From assembly GCA_021107435.1 (NCBI GenBank), contig JAIOSV010000109.1:6161-70160 (forward strand): DNA of 64,000 nt, read 5' to 3'. Below the pieces are notes generated by a model, which was not told where the DNA came from, made no database searches, and saw only the letters and a list, made by a program, of their open reading frames with translations. How positions within the stretch are numbered: position 1 is the stretch's first letter; every line of letters starts with the position of its first letter. Both the position numbers and the translations under genes were made by a program. Source of the stretch: Candidatus Sabulitectum sp. (GTDB taxonomy: Bacteria > Fermentibacterota > Fermentibacteria > Fermentibacterales > JCC-6). This document shows, piece after piece, positions 27,710 to 38,776 of this stretch.

Positions 27710-27950
27710 AGACGAAGAGTCTGATAACTGCAGATAAACCGGATCGGCCTGTTCATTCTGCTCAGACAGGGAGGTTGTATAAGCCCCAGCCGGATATGCT
27801 TTTTCAAATGCTTGCACACAGACAGCCACTGCTGAGTCGACATTGATTGTTAGCATTGCATTTCCTCCTTTGTGATAATTGTACCACTGCAATAGTATAG
27901 TGGTGTCTACTCCTGTTTGATATTGGCCTGTTAATTCCTATGTTTCTTTG
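27520..27950. repeat. Right copy of the permuted duplication: the intact T9SS-CTD coding tail of the CotH gene, followed by a GntR 5' fragment (minus strand, MLTINVDSAVAVCVQ...) and a degraded operator
   Basis: ORF 27662..27892(-) starts MLTINVDSAVAVCVQ, compared with MLKIDAGSAVPVYEQ for the intact regulator. It is preceded by gcattgcatttcctcctttgtgataattgtaccactg, which is the same promoter sequence as at 24869-24905. Confidence 0.6.
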
Positions 27951-27973
27951 TATCCCTTTGCAGGAGATGATCT

Positions 27974-28471
27974 ATGCATTATGAAGTAAGAGACGCGAAA
28001 TTGAAGCTGGGGGAACACTGTGAGCAGGTACTTCGCAGTTTGCCGGAGTGGTTTGGGATTGAGAGTGCTTTGCTGACCTATGTGGAGAAAATAGATTCCC
28101 TGCCCACTTACACCGCTGTGGTTGAGGACAGGGTTGTGGGGTTTCTCTCTATTGAAAAGCATTTTAATGAAAGCGCTGAGATCCATGTTATGGGCATTAT
28201 GCCTGAATTTCACCGGATGGGTATTGGCAGAGCTTTGCAGAAAAGAGCTGAGTTTGATCTCAGAACTCAAGGCGTGAAATTTCTTCAGGTAAAAACACTG
28301 AGTACGTCCAGACCAAATGAAGATTATGCGAAAACGAGAGAATTCTACCTCTCCATGGGCTTTTCCCCTCTTGAGGAAATGCCGGTTTTGTGGGGTGCTG
28401 AGAATCCCTGTCTTATCATGGTAAAGAGCCTGGGATTTTCCCAATGTGATAAAAAGGAGGACCGGAAATGA
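27974..28471 (+). CDS. GNAT-family N-acetyltransferase
   Basis: 165 aa. The acetyl-CoA motif A reads HRMGIGRALQKRA. GGAGATGA sits before the ATG. Confidence 0.8.
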   Translation: MHYEVRDAKLKLGEHCEQVLRSLPEWFGIESALLTYVEKIDSLPTYTAVVEDRVVGFLSIEKHFNESAEIHVMGIMPEFHRMGIGRALQKRAEFDLRTQGVKFLQVKTLSTSRPNEDYAKTREFYLSMGFSPLEEMPVLWGAENPCLIMVKSLGFSQCDKKEDRK

Positions 28472-29376
28472 GAATGGAAATTACACAGGCCCCTTTCAGC
28501 TCCTCTCTTATGGGAGTGATTCGCGGAGTTGCTGATTACTTTGATGTTGACTTGAGTACACCCTCTCTTTACGGAAGAACGGGACATGCTTTCTTTATGA
28601 ACATTCATGAGGCGATCTGTCCCAGTGGCCCGTACTGCTGGAATATTGATCCCTTTATTGCTCTCCTTGAAAATTGCGGGATCCGCATGAAGAAATACGG
28701 CTTTTTCTCCGGTGAAAGCACTATGGAGGAGAGAAATATTCTTGAGAAAACAATCCTGAGTGAACTTGAAAAGGGGAATCCCTGCTCTGTGCTGAATATG
28801 GATCATCAACTGATCACCGGATTTGACGGGTCGGGGTTTTTATGTACACAGCCATGGGAGTGCAGCAATCCTCCGGCACACCTTACATTCGGTAACTGGG
28901 ATGAATGGGAAGAAGAAATTCATGCCTGTTTCTACAGCTTTGAAAAGATCGAACTTCCAGATTCCCATTATGCGATTCAGCAGAGTCTTCAATTTGTCAG
29001 AGATCTGAATGAGAATCCATCAGGCCATACCATGAAGCCCTACACATGCGGGGTTGCCGGTTACGATATCTGGCTGAAAGGTGTAAAAAAAGGTTACGGG
29101 TCTGAGCACGGCAACTGGTGGAACGGAACAGTCTGGTCTGAGTGCAGAAAGCAGGGAGCTCTTTACTTCGGTGAAATTGCAGGGGACTATCCCACATCTT
29201 CACTGATCTCGTTGAAATTGCAAAGTCTGTTCCATCAGATAGGTGACATTCTTTTCCTGGTTAGTGACAAAAAGCTTGAAAAGAAGAAGAAAATAGATCT
29301 TCTAACAGAAGCGAAGGAATTGGAAGAAAAGGTTCTGCCTGCTCTGGTAAATCTTGCGAACCTGATTGAATCATAG
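28468..29376 (+). CDS. Hypothetical protein (Trp/Cys-rich), translationally coupled to the GNAT gene
   Basis: 302 aa. Its start overlaps the GNAT stop by 4 nt (ATGA). I do not recognise a confident family. The C-terminus is a K/E-rich helix. Confidence 0.45.
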   Translation: MRMEITQAPFSSSLMGVIRGVADYFDVDLSTPSLYGRTGHAFFMNIHEAICPSGPYCWNIDPFIALLENCGIRMKKYGFFSGESTMEERNILEKTILSELEKGNPCSVLNMDHQLITGFDGSGFLCTQPWECSNPPAHLTFGNWDEWEEEIHACFYSFEKIELPDSHYAIQQSLQFVRDLNENPSGHTMKPYTCGVAGYDIWLKGVKKGYGSEHGNWWNGTVWSECRKQGALYFGEIAGDYPTSSLISLKLQSLFHQIGDILFLVSDKKLEKKKKIDLLTEAKELEEKVLPALVNLANLIES

Positions 29377-29665
29377 GTTGTGTCTTTTTGCAGTCTACCT
29401 GCAGTTGAAGATATATTGAGGGTGCCAACATCTGGAGAATAGGTGGACTCATGGCTACTCTTTCTTCGATAATTTTGCTGTGCAATTTGTCAGTCAGCAG
29501 AATTGATACTTTTGTTACTGGATTCATGGAGCATCATCATGCCATCGGGCTTTCAGCATGTACTGTTGTACTGATAAACAGAAAGACTGGAACGGGCAGG
29601 TGATGGATGTTCTCGTTGACTGTACAGGGTGCTAAACATCATTGATTAATACCTGATCTGAGGAG

Positions 29666-30835
29666 ATGGGTTTGAAGTATCGAAAATTCGGCAAACTGAG
29701 CTGGGAAGTTTCCGCTCTGGGCTTTGGCGCAATGCGTCTTCCAACTGAGGAAAAGGATTACGGAGCAATTCGCGAGGCAGAAGCCGGGGAACTGATCCGA
29801 TACGCAATTGATCACGGAGTGAACTATCTGGATACCGCCTGGATTTACCACAGGGAGAACAGCGAGGGATTTCTTGGCAAAGTGCTTTCCGACGGATACA
29901 GGGAAAGGGTGAGAATCGCTACTAAGATGCCTACCTGGATGATTGAGAAACCTGAGGACCTGGACAGGTTTTTTGATGCCCAGATGGAGAGACTTCAGGT
30001 AGATCAGATAGACTTTTATCTGCTTCATGCTTTACAGACAGACTGGTGGGACAACATGAAGCGTTTTCACTACCTTGACTGGGCTGAGAAAAAGATGGCT
30101 GACGGTGCTATTGGTCATCTGGGTTTCTCATTCCATGACAAGTTTTCACTGTTTAAGCGGATAATTGACGATTACGACAACTGGACTCTGGCCATGGTGC
30201 AGTACAACTACATGGATGTTCGAAGGGAAGCCGGTCTTCAGGGTGTTCAGTATGCTGCGGATAAGGGTTTGGCGGTGGTGGTAATGGAACCCCTCAGGGG
30301 AGGTCAGCTTGCCAAGGAGCCACCGGAAGATATCAAACAGATTCTTGAGACAGCCGCTCCGGGTCGATCGGCAGCGGAGTGGGGTCTCAGGTGGCTCTGG
30401 GATCAGGAGAAGATTTCTGTTGTGCTTAGTGGAATGAGTACTCTGGAGCAGCTTAAACAGAACATTAAGACTGTTGAAAGCTCGGAGATTGGCGGCCTTA
30501 CTGCGGAGGAACACACTGCTGTTAACGATGTAAGGAAAGCTTATGAATCAAAAGCGTCAATACTCTGTACTGACTGCCGGTACTGCATGCCTTGTCCGCA
30601 AGGGGTGGGCATACCGTTCGTATTCAACTACTTCAACATGGTGAGGATTTACAATGATCTTCAAACCGCAAAAGCATATTATGCTTTCATGGGGGAGGAC
30701 AGCAATGCAGCGAACTGTACCATGTGCGGAGAGTGCATGGAACACTGTCCACAGCACCTGGACATAATTAATCTACTTAAAGAGTGTCACACACTGCTTC
30801 ATACGGAGAAAGCAGAAGAGGAAGAGAAAAGATAA
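29666..30835 (+). CDS. Aldo/keto reductase with a C-terminal 4Fe-4S ferredoxin-type Cys motif
   Basis: The AKR core carries GFGAMRL...DTAWIYHRENSEGFLG. The C-terminus has CTDCRYCMPCPQG and CTMCGECMEHCP. Confidence 0.85.
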   Translation: MGLKYRKFGKLSWEVSALGFGAMRLPTEEKDYGAIREAEAGELIRYAIDHGVNYLDTAWIYHRENSEGFLGKVLSDGYRERVRIATKMPTWMIEKPEDLDRFFDAQMERLQVDQIDFYLLHALQTDWWDNMKRFHYLDWAEKKMADGAIGHLGFSFHDKFSLFKRIIDDYDNWTLAMVQYNYMDVRREAGLQGVQYAADKGLAVVVMEPLRGGQLAKEPPEDIKQILETAAPGRSAAEWGLRWLWDQEKISVVLSGMSTLEQLKQNIKTVESSEIGGLTAEEHTAVNDVRKAYESKASILCTDCRYCMPCPQGVGIPFVFNYFNMVRIYNDLQTAKAYYAFMGEDSNAANCTMCGECMEHCPQHLDIINLLKECHTLLHTEKAEEEEKR

Positions 30836-30961
30836 ACTGCGGAAACCTTACGCCGGTCAAACGGTATAACGGACAATACCAATATGCAGAGTCAAATTCG
30901 ACACCCTGGCAATTTGTTCATATATCCTGCTTTGAAACATGGCGTTCCCTGAAAGGAGTTC

Positions 30962-31744
30962 TTGATGAAATTGCTGTTTCTCGCTTTAACTGTCTGCTTT
31001 GCTGCCGTTTCCGCTTTCGGTGAAGATGTGATCCGGGAGGAGAGTATTGCTGTTACCCCTGCTGCCGGAGATATTGTCGCCATTTCTAACATCAATGGAA
31101 GCATCTCTGTTGAAGGCCGGGATTCAGATGTGGTGGAGGTCGTTTACGTCATCACATGCGAAACTCAGGAAGAAATGGATGCCGTTGAAGTCCTTTGCGA
31201 CCTTTCGAATGGTGTTGTTTGCGAAGTGGAGTACGATAATAACGGAAACGACGATTATCACGGTGAAGTTGAGTTCCGGGTATGGGTGCCGGAGAACCTT
31301 GAGCTTTCTTTTGAGCTTGCGAATGTCAACGGAGATGCAAGTATTTCATTCGCAGAGGGCACTTTGCTTATCGAGGTAGTGAATGGTGATATTTCAGCAA
31401 GTCATTTTAACGGAGAAGTGAATATTGAACTGGTAAATGGTTCTGTTACCACCGCTGATATCTCTAAACTCAGCGGAGTAGATATTGTCAACGGTGATAT
31501 CATCTGTTCCATAGGAGAAGTGGAGAACGATATCTTTCTATCAAGCGTAAACGGCGAGATCAGTATTGATCTTGTGACAGATGCAATTGTTAAGATTGAA
31601 ACCCTCTCCGGGGAGATTGGTGTTTCCCGTGGCTTTAACGCTGATATTGAAGAAAGCATTGCTGGTAAGTCAACCAGCTTTGGTTATGGCGAACACACTA
31701 TTGCTGTTTCCACAGTCTCCGGTGACATTACAATTAGCGACTGA
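30962..31744 (+). CDS. Secreted DUF4097-like beta-helix repeat protein (putative adhesin)
   Basis: A signal peptide is followed by repeated VNGDI, VNGSV and VSGDI units roughly every 20 aa. Confidence 0.55.
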   Translation: MMKLLFLALTVCFAAVSAFGEDVIREESIAVTPAAGDIVAISNINGSISVEGRDSDVVEVVYVITCETQEEMDAVEVLCDLSNGVVCEVEYDNNGNDDYHGEVEFRVWVPENLELSFELANVNGDASISFAEGTLLIEVVNGDISASHFNGEVNIELVNGSVTTADISKLSGVDIVNGDIICSIGEVENDIFLSSVNGEISIDLVTDAIVKIETLSGEIGVSRGFNADIEESIAGKSTSFGYGEHTIAVSTVSGDITISD

Positions 31745-31764
31745 ATGAACCTTATCATAGTCAG

Positions 31765-31815
31765 TGAAAAGGCTGCGGTATCTTTTCCCCGCAGCCCTTC
31801 TCTCTGTTTTTCAAT
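31765..31815. terminator. Bidirectional rho-independent terminator between convergent genes
   Basis: GGCTGCGG-tatcttttcc-CCGCAGCC at 31771-31796. CTTCTCTCTGTTTTTC follows on the plus strand, and an A-rich tract precedes it. Confidence 0.6.
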
Positions 31816-31994
31816 CATTGTGAATTCTGTTTCCCGGTTCTTATCATGAAAAAGTACAGCCCCGGGGTCGGATCTATTTCTACGAAGTTGTTCCGGTTGA
31901 AGAAAAACAGGAACTGGGATTCACAGTGAGCAAGCCGCAAAAATGAAAAAGCTTCCTCTGTCTGTGTATAACCCGGCAGAGGGATTTGGCTACG

Positions 31995-34900
31995 CTATTC
32001 GTGTTCCAGAGTCTCCCGTACTTTCGCGGCCATATGCGGTATTGTAAAAGGCTTCTGAATGAAGTTGACACCTGAGTTCAGCACACCCCTGTGCGCAATG
32101 ACATTCGCGGTGTAGCCCGACATGAACAGAGTCTTTAAGCCCGGATAACTGGACATCAGATTGTTGGCCAGATCCCGTCCGTTCATCTCCGGGAGAATAA
32201 CATCAGTCATGAGCAAGTGGATCCTGCCTGGGTATTCTTCGGCCAGGCGTATCGCCTCTCCCGGAGTGGAAGCGACCAGAACAGTATATCCGAGGCGTTC
32301 AAGCATCAAAGTGGCTATCTCCAGAATTGCCGGTTCATCTTCAACCAGCATAATAGTTTCATCGCCGGGTCTGGTTGGTTCAGATACTGCTTTTTCTGTG
32401 ATCTGTTCGGTCTCGCCAGTATATCTGGGCAGGTATATCCCGAGAGTTGTTCCATGATCAGGTTCACTGTTAACGTGGATGAACCCGTTGTTCTGTTTGA
32501 CAATGCCGTAGACAGTTGCAAGTCCCAGACCCGTTCCTTTACCCGTTTCCTTGGTCGTGAAAAAGGGCTCAAATAGTTTATCAAGGATCTCTTTGTTCAT
32601 GCCGCAGCCGTTATCACTTACGACCAGCAGAACATATTCTCCCGGAGTAAACTCCATATGGTTGGCACAATCAGCCTCATCAATGGTTACATTTTCTGTA
32701 TGAATGGTGATTTTGCCCACATCCGCAATGGCATCCCGGGAGTTGATACACAGGTTGGCAATCAGCTGGTCAATCTGTGCAGGATCCATATTGACCTGCC
32801 ACAAGTCTGTACCGGGCAGCCATACAAGATCAATATCCTCGCCGATCAGGCGACGAATCATCTTGAGCATCCCTTTCAGAGTCTCATTTATTTTGAGTAC
32901 CCTGGGTGCTATGATCTGCTTTCGGGAAAATGCCAGTAATTGGCCGGTGAGGTTGACGGAGCGTTCTGCTGCCTGGCTGATTTCATGCAGGACAGTGTAG
33001 AGAGGTTCTGTTGGACTCAGTTTGTCCAGGGCAAGTTCTGTGTGGCCAAGGATCACTCCAAGCATGTTGTTGAAATCATGAGCCACTCCACCTGCCAGTC
33101 GACCAACAAACTCCATCTTCTGAGCTTGACGGTATTGATTTTCAAGCCGGGTCTTTTCCTCTTCGGCCCGTTTGATGTCAGTAACGTTTCTGGAAAGCTT
33201 AACAATGCTGGTTATTTTTCCGATGGCGTCCTTTATTGGCACGCCAACATCGTCCCAGTAGCTTTCACCAATACTGACCATTGACTGGTGATGAATGATA
33301 TTTGTTTCAATTTGCCCTGTTTTCAGTGCTATCACAATCGGACAACCTGGACAAACGCTGTCTCTGCCGGGCAGAGCCTTGTAGCAGAGTTGACCCGTCG
33401 CATCAGGTTTCATTTCAAGGGTTGCTCTGTTGGCCCAGAGGATTGTGAGATCAGTATCAAGTTGCAGTACGACATCAGGCATACTGTCAAGAATTGTGCG
33501 CATTGTTTTTTCGCTCTCCCGCAATGCATCCTCGGCTTTCCTGCGCCTGTTTTCAGTCTCCCTTTCCCCGGTAACATCCCTGGAACATCCGACAGTTCCA
33601 ATCAATATGCCATTGTAATCCAGGAAAGGTGACTTGATAACATCAAAAATAGTATAGTTTCCTTTGAAATAGCCTGATTCGTCATTCCGGAGTACCTTCC
33701 CAGTCTTGATAACGGTATTGTCAGAGTTACTGCATGTTTTACCGAAAGTATGATAGTCGGGGTTATCAGAATGTGACTTTCTTTCCCTTTCAGCGAAGAA
33801 AATATCTGTTTTGCCAACTGGTTCATGTACATCACTGATACCAAGCAAGTTCTCACAGCAGGACTTGTTCGCGAAAGTGAATCTGCCCTGCAAGTCCTTG
33901 GCCCAGATCAATTCTGGAAGATTATCGCACATCAGTCTCAGCATGGAATTCAGATGATTCAGTTTTTTGCAGCTTTCCTGCAGTGCTGACTCTGTCTTTC
34001 TGCGCCGGGTGATGTCTCTGGTTGTGCCTTGAAGTCCGACAATCTTTCCCTGGTCATCGAGAAGCACCTTGCTGGAGATTTCAATATCCACTTCTTCATT
34101 AATACTGTTAAGCATTTTGGTCATGAAAGTAGTTTGAGTAAAGGTCTTATAATGAGTTAATGCTTTCGCTGCCAGTGTGCCAACCTTCAGGTACTCACTG
34201 TCCCCGAAGTACGAACTCAGCTTTGTGCCAATCATCTGATCCGGTCTGTAACCCAGTATCAGTTCTACTGACGGGCTTAAATAGGTAAACCTCAGCCTGG
34301 TATCCAGCATCCATATGCAGTCAATAGAGTTTTCTGCAAGCAACCGGAATTTTTCTTCGCTCTTTCGCAATGCTTCCTCTGCGTGTCTTCTTTGAATCGC
34401 AATTGATGCCTGCTTTATAAATGCTTCAATAATATTCTTGTTCCTGAGTTTACCCGCCTCTTTTTTCAGCAGAATTACAGTAGTTCCGAGTAAGACACCA
34501 TCTTTCGTGAAACCGATTGAGAATATTTCATTTATGCTAAGCAGTTTTTCTATTGATTTGCAGATAGCTTCTGAAACAGTTTTCAGTGCTATTGCGTACA
34601 GCCCATCGTTGTATTGATGCAATTTGCCATCAGACAGATAAAGAAGGCTTTCATCCTCTGCGTTGAAAGTCATTCCCACGGGATGCTTTCCGAGGAAGTC
34701 TATGATTTTTTTAGCCAGTTTCCCCATTCCAATAATTGCGCGAGTGGTCAGTATGCCCTTTTCTGGATCAATAGAATTTATGATTATGTAAGACTTTTTG
34801 CCGGTTAATTCCCGAAGCTGATTTCCTATGTAAGTGAAAATGTCTTCGTCTTGGGGGAAATCGACAAATCGCATTGCTGTTTCAGACAGTAGCTGGATGT

Positions 34901-35468
34901 ATCTATTCTGCTTTTTTTCTCTTTCCTTTATTTCAATGTTGTGCAGCGCAAAAGCAATTATTGCGGAAATCTCGGTGAATAGAACTTGTTCCTCTTCGGT
35001 CAGGGGAAAGCCGGTTGGAATTTCTGCTGAAAGCAAGCCAAAGGAATACCCCTCATGCTCAAGGGTGCTTGTAACAGATCTGCAAGCCGGTTCCTGCCTG
35101 GAAAGGGGACAGTTGCCGCAAATGGATTCCGGGTTTTTGAAAACTACTGAGCCGGGCTGCCTCAGAGCTTGTCTGCTGCATTCGTTGAAAAGATCGTTTT
35201 CCATCTGTTTTATTATATAAGTGAATTTTTCCGAGGGACCTGACTGTGCTGATAGAGAAGGCTGGTGATTACTGTCAAGAAGAACCAGCCAGCTGTTTGC
35301 GTAGAGCCCGTTCTCAATTAGAAGTTCGCAGAAGCGTGTAATCAGCCTGCTTCTGTTTCTCTCTTCAGTGATAAGCTGATGTATGTTGTGAATTGTGTTT
35401 TTAATACCGTTGAGACGCTTGAGCTTGTTCTTACATGATTCTTCTACTGTGTTGTTCTCTTGAATCAT
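31995..35468 (-). CDS. Multi-sensor hybrid histidine kinase (GAF/PAS repeats, HisKA, HATPase_c, C-terminal receiver)
   Basis: 1157 aa. The H-box is [19 protein letters not shown] and the G-boxes are DNGCGM and [13 protein letters not shown]. The C-terminal receiver reads [12 protein letters not shown]...[13 protein letters not shown], and there are several PAS-like blocks. Confidence 0.9.
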   Translation of the reverse strand: MIQENNTVEESCKNKLKRLNGIKNTIHNIHQLITEERNRSRLITRFCELLIENGLYANSWLVLLDSNHQPSLSAQSGPSEKFTYIIKQMENDLFNECSRQALRQPGSVVFKNPESICGNCPLSRQEPACRSVTSTLEHEGYSFGLLSAEIPTGFPLTEEEQVLFTEISAIIAFALHNIEIKEREKKQNRYIQLLSETAMRFVDFPQDEDIFTYIGNQLRELTGKKSYIIINSIDPEKGILTTRAIIGMGKLAKKIIDFLGKHPVGMTFNAEDESLLYLSDGKLHQYNDGLYAIALKTVSEAICKSIEKLLSINEIFSIGFTKDGVLLGTTVILLKKEAGKLRNKNIIEAFIKQASIAIQRRHAEEALRKSEEKFRLLAENSIDCIWMLDTRLRFTYLSPSVELILGYRPDQMIGTKLSSYFGDSEYLKVGTLAAKALTHYKTFTQTTFMTKMLNSINEEVDIEISSKVLLDDQGKIVGLQGTTRDITRRRKTESALQESCKKLNHLNSMLRLMCDNLPELIWAKDLQGRFTFANKSCCENLLGISDVHEPVGKTDIFFAERERKSHSDNPDYHTFGKTCSNSDNTVIKTGKVLRNDESGYFKGNYTIFDVIKSPFLDYNGILIGTVGCSRDVTGERETENRRRKAEDALRESEKTMRTILDSMPDVVLQLDTDLTILWANRATLEMKPDATGQLCYKALPGRDSVCPGCPIVIALKTGQIETNIIHHQSMVSIGESYWDDVGVPIKDAIGKITSIVKLSRNVTDIKRAEEEKTRLENQYRQAQKMEFVGRLAGGVAHDFNNMLGVILGHTELALDKLSPTEPLYTVLHEISQAAERSVNLTGQLLAFSRKQIIAPRVLKINETLKGMLKMIRRLIGEDIDLVWLPGTDLWQVNMDPAQIDQLIANLCINSRDAIADVGKITIHTENVTIDEADCANHMEFTPGEYVLLVVSDNGCGMNKEILDKLFEPFFTTKETGKGTGLGLATVYGIVKQNNGFIHVNSEPDHGTTLGIYLPRYTGETEQITEKAVSEPTRPGDETIMLVEDEPAILEIATLMLERLGYTVLVASTPGEAIRLAEEYPGRIHLLMTDVILPEMNGRDLANNLMSSYPGLKTLFMSGYTANVIAHRGVLNSGVNFIQKPFTIPHMAAKVRETLEHE

Positions 35469-35873
35469 ATGTGAACTTCTCCTTCCCGCTCATGAGCACA
35501 CAGCTTTTACCACGTGTGTCTTAGAAAGCAACGGTATCAACTCAAATTCCACAGAGAATATGCAAATAAAGCAGGAAAACCGCCATCTGCAAAAATAACC
35601 ATATTATTTTTGTTCGCGTGTTAACAACGCTTTTTGATATCAGTATTTGCGAAAATGAAACCGATAATTACCGGTATGCTCATCAATAATCCCGGCCAAT
35701 TCCTGCATATCAAGTGTCTCACAGTCTGGTAAAATGCGTACTGGTACTGTATGTGCTGTGCAGCGAGATACGGTATTGCAGCAAGAAACTTGTGATGGAT
35801 TCGGGTTGTGTCATATGGAATTGAATTGCCTGTGAACAGGTATTCTGATTCAGAGCAGAGAGCCCTGTGTTCA

Positions 35874-36392
35874 TCAGGAGAGCGTTGCGTCTGGTTCTGT
35901 CTTCTTTTGAATAATCCGGGACAGGATTTGGAATTCGATGCCTGAAGAAACAATTCTGTCCGGGATTCCGTCAATACCTGATAGAAAATTCAGTATTGTG
36001 CTGAATTTGTTTTCGCTGATAGAAAGTTTCTGGATTTGGCTGTATGGGATGAAATACCGGTGGTAGAATGCTCTGATCTCAATTCCGTCTTCGTATATAA
36101 GGCACCGGAAAAGCGCTCCACGCAGTCCTTGAATAGTTCCTATGTAATCAAGCCTATGCTGAATTTCCCTGTCTTTTTCGAATCGGGATTCTTTTTTGTT
36201 GTAAAACAGAGGGCCGACAACCAGAATCAGAAAGATGACAAGAAGAGGGATACCGCCAAGTTGCTGCAGTTCTTCCTCATTGTCTAAAAAAAATCCTGCG
36301 ATTGTCCCGGCTGCAAGAAAAGCTATAAGAATCAGGAAGAAACTTGTTCCGATACTGAGAGGAATTAATGAATCCGAATACTGTTTGTCCAT
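35874..36392 (-). CDS. Membrane protein with a bacterial PH-like domain (2 N-terminal TM helices)
   Basis: 172 aa with two hydrophobic helices followed by a soluble domain of about 100 aa. The overlapping ORF 35621..35974 is probably spurious. Confidence 0.45.
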   Translation of the reverse strand: MDKQYSDSLIPLSIGTSFFLILIAFLAAGTIAGFFLDNEEELQQLGGIPLLVIFLILVVGPLFYNKKESRFEKDREIQHRLDYIGTIQGLRGALFRCLIYEDGIEIRAFYHRYFIPYSQIQKLSISENKFSTILNFLSGIDGIPDRIVSSGIEFQILSRIIQKKTEPDATLS

Positions 36393-36498
36393 ATCTTGTT
36401 CTCTCTGAAGGTTACTATCATTTGAGGCAAAGTCTTATACCTGTTCTCAGCCTTCCTTTGTTGTTCTGAAAGTCGCGAAATACCAGTTGTTCCCGAAG

Positions 36499-36536
36499 GT
36501 GAACAAAAGAAAGGGGAGCCGGTGATCCGGCTCCCC
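36499..36536 (-). terminator. Rho-independent terminator after the LamG-like gene
   Basis: GGGGAGCCGG-tgat-CCGGCTCCCC at 36513-36536, with a U-rich tract following on the minus strand (plus-strand gaacaaaagaaa). Confidence 0.6.
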
Positions 36537-36551
36537 TGAAGATAATCAATA

Positions 36552-37211
36552 CTACTTGAGTGAGGTCTTGATGGCTGCCCAGGTGCTTGGCGTGAGGGCT
36601 CCTGATGTTTCTATGAGTTCGATATTGTCCCAGTAAATTGAGCTTCCACCGTTGCTGAACAGATCCAGGGCGTCAAGTTCAATGAAGCCGCCGGTTCCCC
36701 ACTGGATGGTATCCAGAAGTACACCATTGTAGTAGATGTTCTGCATGTTCGCTGTAAGGTCAATTTCAACCTTCACTTCAACCCATGTGTCGTAGATGAT
36801 GGCGGCGGTTCCTGTTCCCTCTGTGACAACCACCTGGTCGGTGTCGGAGTTAAACACAAGCTGAAGAGCCCAGTCACTGTCACCACCCATGTAGAGTGTG
36901 AGCAGAATGAAGAACTGATTGCCCGTGGAGCCTGTTGGAATGTAGTTCCAGGCCGTGATAGTCCACTCGCCTGAAGTAATATTGAATTCCTGAACCACAT
37001 CTGAAGTGGGCTCGATGTCAATTGAATGCGGAGCACTCAAGGACTGTGCGTCTGTTACATAAGCTTCCCAGGCAGGGTTACCGTCCCAGCCTTCCCAGCC
37101 TCCCTGACCAATGATTCCGCTGCCATTGGCGTAGGAATCAAAATTCTCGCTCCAGTCTGCTGCTGCTATTGATGCCAGCAGAAGCGTCATGAAAATAACT
37201 GTAAATTTCAT
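36552..37211 (-). CDS. Secreted concanavalin/LamG-like domain protein
   Basis: 219 aa. A signal peptide (MKFTVIFMTLLLASIAAADW) is followed by ENFDSY..GW.GWDG and a beta-rich sequence. Confidence 0.5.
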   Translation of the reverse strand: MKFTVIFMTLLLASIAAADWSENFDSYANGSGIIGQGGWEGWDGNPAWEAYVTDAQSLSAPHSIDIEPTSDVVQEFNITSGEWTITAWNYIPTGSTGNQFFILLTLYMGGDSDWALQLVFNSDTDQVVVTEGTGTAAIIYDTWVEVKVEIDLTANMQNIYYNGVLLDTIQWGTGGFIELDALDLFSNGGSSIYWDNIELIETSGALTPSTWAAIKTSLK

Positions 37212-37349
37212 CCCAATTTCCTTTCCTTTATTTAACTTAACCAGCCCAACTGCGCAGAGTCATTTATAGTTTAACACTCTGTAAAGGTCAAGTGTATTTC
37301 TTCAGGGCAGAAGTGTTATAGATAGAGGAAGCAAACACACAGGAGAGGC

Positions 37350-38297
37350 TTGATGCAAGAGAAAGACTGGTCAGAAGAACACCTGAAAAAGATGATTGTC
37401 GAACAGCGAAAGCATATGTGGCGTGATGATACCATCGAAATGTATTCAAAATGGATGGGGTTGAGACAGGGAATGACTGTGGTGGATGTCGGGTGTGGTC
37501 TCGGTTACCTTGGTTGGACTTTCTGGAAATTCTTTGGTGATAGTGGTGAGTACTGTGGTGTGGATCAGTCTGTCAGCCTGCTTGAAGAGGCTCGTTCAAT
37601 AAGTGAGGACTGGGCTCATGGCGGGAAGGCATCCTTTCAACAGGGAGATGCTTACGAGTTGCCGTTTCCGGATAATTTTGCCGACTGGACCATGTGCCAG
37701 ACTCTGCTGATGCATCTTGAATTTCCGGAGAAGGCTCTGGCTGAAATGGTCAGAGTTACAAAACCCGGAGGACTTATCACGTGCAATGAACCGGACAACA
37801 TTTCCGCCTCAGGAAGAGTGGTGCATTTTTCTGGAATGGAGATTTCAGATGAGCACATTATTCAGAACCATAAAATGATGCTGATCTGGGCCAGGGGCAG
37901 AAAGAAGCTAGGCCATGGAGATTACTCCATTGCAGTGAAGATTCCCATGATGATGCATGATCTCGGCTTGGTGGAGATAGATTCCCGGTGCAATGACACA
38001 TGCAATTTCGTGCAGCCGCCATACGAAACTCCCAGGCAGAAAAATATTCTGGAAATGACGAAAAAGAGTTTTGATGAGGATGAGGAGAACAATAAAAGAT
38101 GGCAGCAGGAGTACAGAGAGTTTTTCCTTGCCGGCGGAGGTTCTCTCTCTTCTTTTTACAGACATAAGAAGAGGAATGATTCGACGAGGGAGGAATTTCG
38201 GCAGGTGCACAAAGATCAAGTTGAAAATGGAACCTGGCATTGCTGCTGGGGAGCGAGTTCATTCTTTTGCATTAAGGGCAGAAAAATACAGTCATGA
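37350..38297 (+). CDS. Class I SAM-dependent methyltransferase
   Basis: Motif I VVDVGCGLGYLG is followed by the acidic motif II. Confidence 0.85.
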   Translation: MMQEKDWSEEHLKKMIVEQRKHMWRDDTIEMYSKWMGLRQGMTVVDVGCGLGYLGWTFWKFFGDSGEYCGVDQSVSLLEEARSISEDWAHGGKASFQQGDAYELPFPDNFADWTMCQTLLMHLEFPEKALAEMVRVTKPGGLITCNEPDNISASGRVVHFSGMEISDEHIIQNHKMMLIWARGRKKLGHGDYSIAVKIPMMMHDLGLVEIDSRCNDTCNFVQPPYETPRQKNILEMTKKSFDEDEENNKRWQQEYREFFLAGGGSLSSFYRHKKRNDSTREEFRQVHKDQVENGTWHCCWGASSFFCIKGRKIQS

Positions 38298-38776
38298 TTT
38301 TTTATGGAGTTACTGCAGTTCTTTTGCTGGCATCATTCTTCTCTGACAGGGGAAAAACTGTTAAGGCGCTGAAAATTGCCTGGAAAAAATTCAGCAATAT
38401 CCTTCCTGTGTTTATTGTGATGCTCGTTCTTGTTTCCATCTCTCTTTACCTGCTTCCTCATGAGTTGATAATGGACTACCTTGGCGAGGAAGATCTCCTG
38501 AGGGGAATGGGCATTGCCATGCTGGTAGGGTCCATGGCTCTTATGCCGGGTTTTATTGTTTTTCCCCTGTGTGGAATTCTCAGAGGGCAGGGAGTTCCAT
38601 ACATGGTTCTTTCGGCATTCACGACTACACTTATGATGGTTGGATTGATAACTCTTCCCGTTGAAAAGGCGTATTTTGGCATGAAAACCGCCCTTATACG
38701 AAATGGCATTGGTTTTGTCATTGCTGTAATGGTTGCTGTTGTCACGGGGCTGGTGTTTTCGGAGGTGGCGCTATGA
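38294..38776 (+). CDS. Permease-family membrane protein, N-terminal half-size subunit
   Basis: 160 aa with 4-5 TM helices. It is coupled to the methyltransferase upstream and the next gene downstream by ATGA overlaps. Confidence 0.45.
   Translation: MIFYGVTAVLLLASFFSDRGKTVKALKIAWKKFSNILPVFIVMLVLVSISLYLLPHELIMDYLGEEDLLRGMGIAMLVGSMALMPGFIVFPLCGILRGQGVPYMVLSAFTTTLMMVGLITLPVEKAYFGMKTALIRNGIGFVIAVMVAVVTGLVFSEVAL

Noticed and set aside
31995-35468. Numerous 60-130-aa ORFs on the plus strand within the hybrid histidine kinase gene, and similar antisense ORFs inside ftsH, the CotH gene and the AC-STAND gene
   Set aside because: They are antisense or shadow ORFs inside long, well-supported genes. 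None has an RBS or any recognisable motif.
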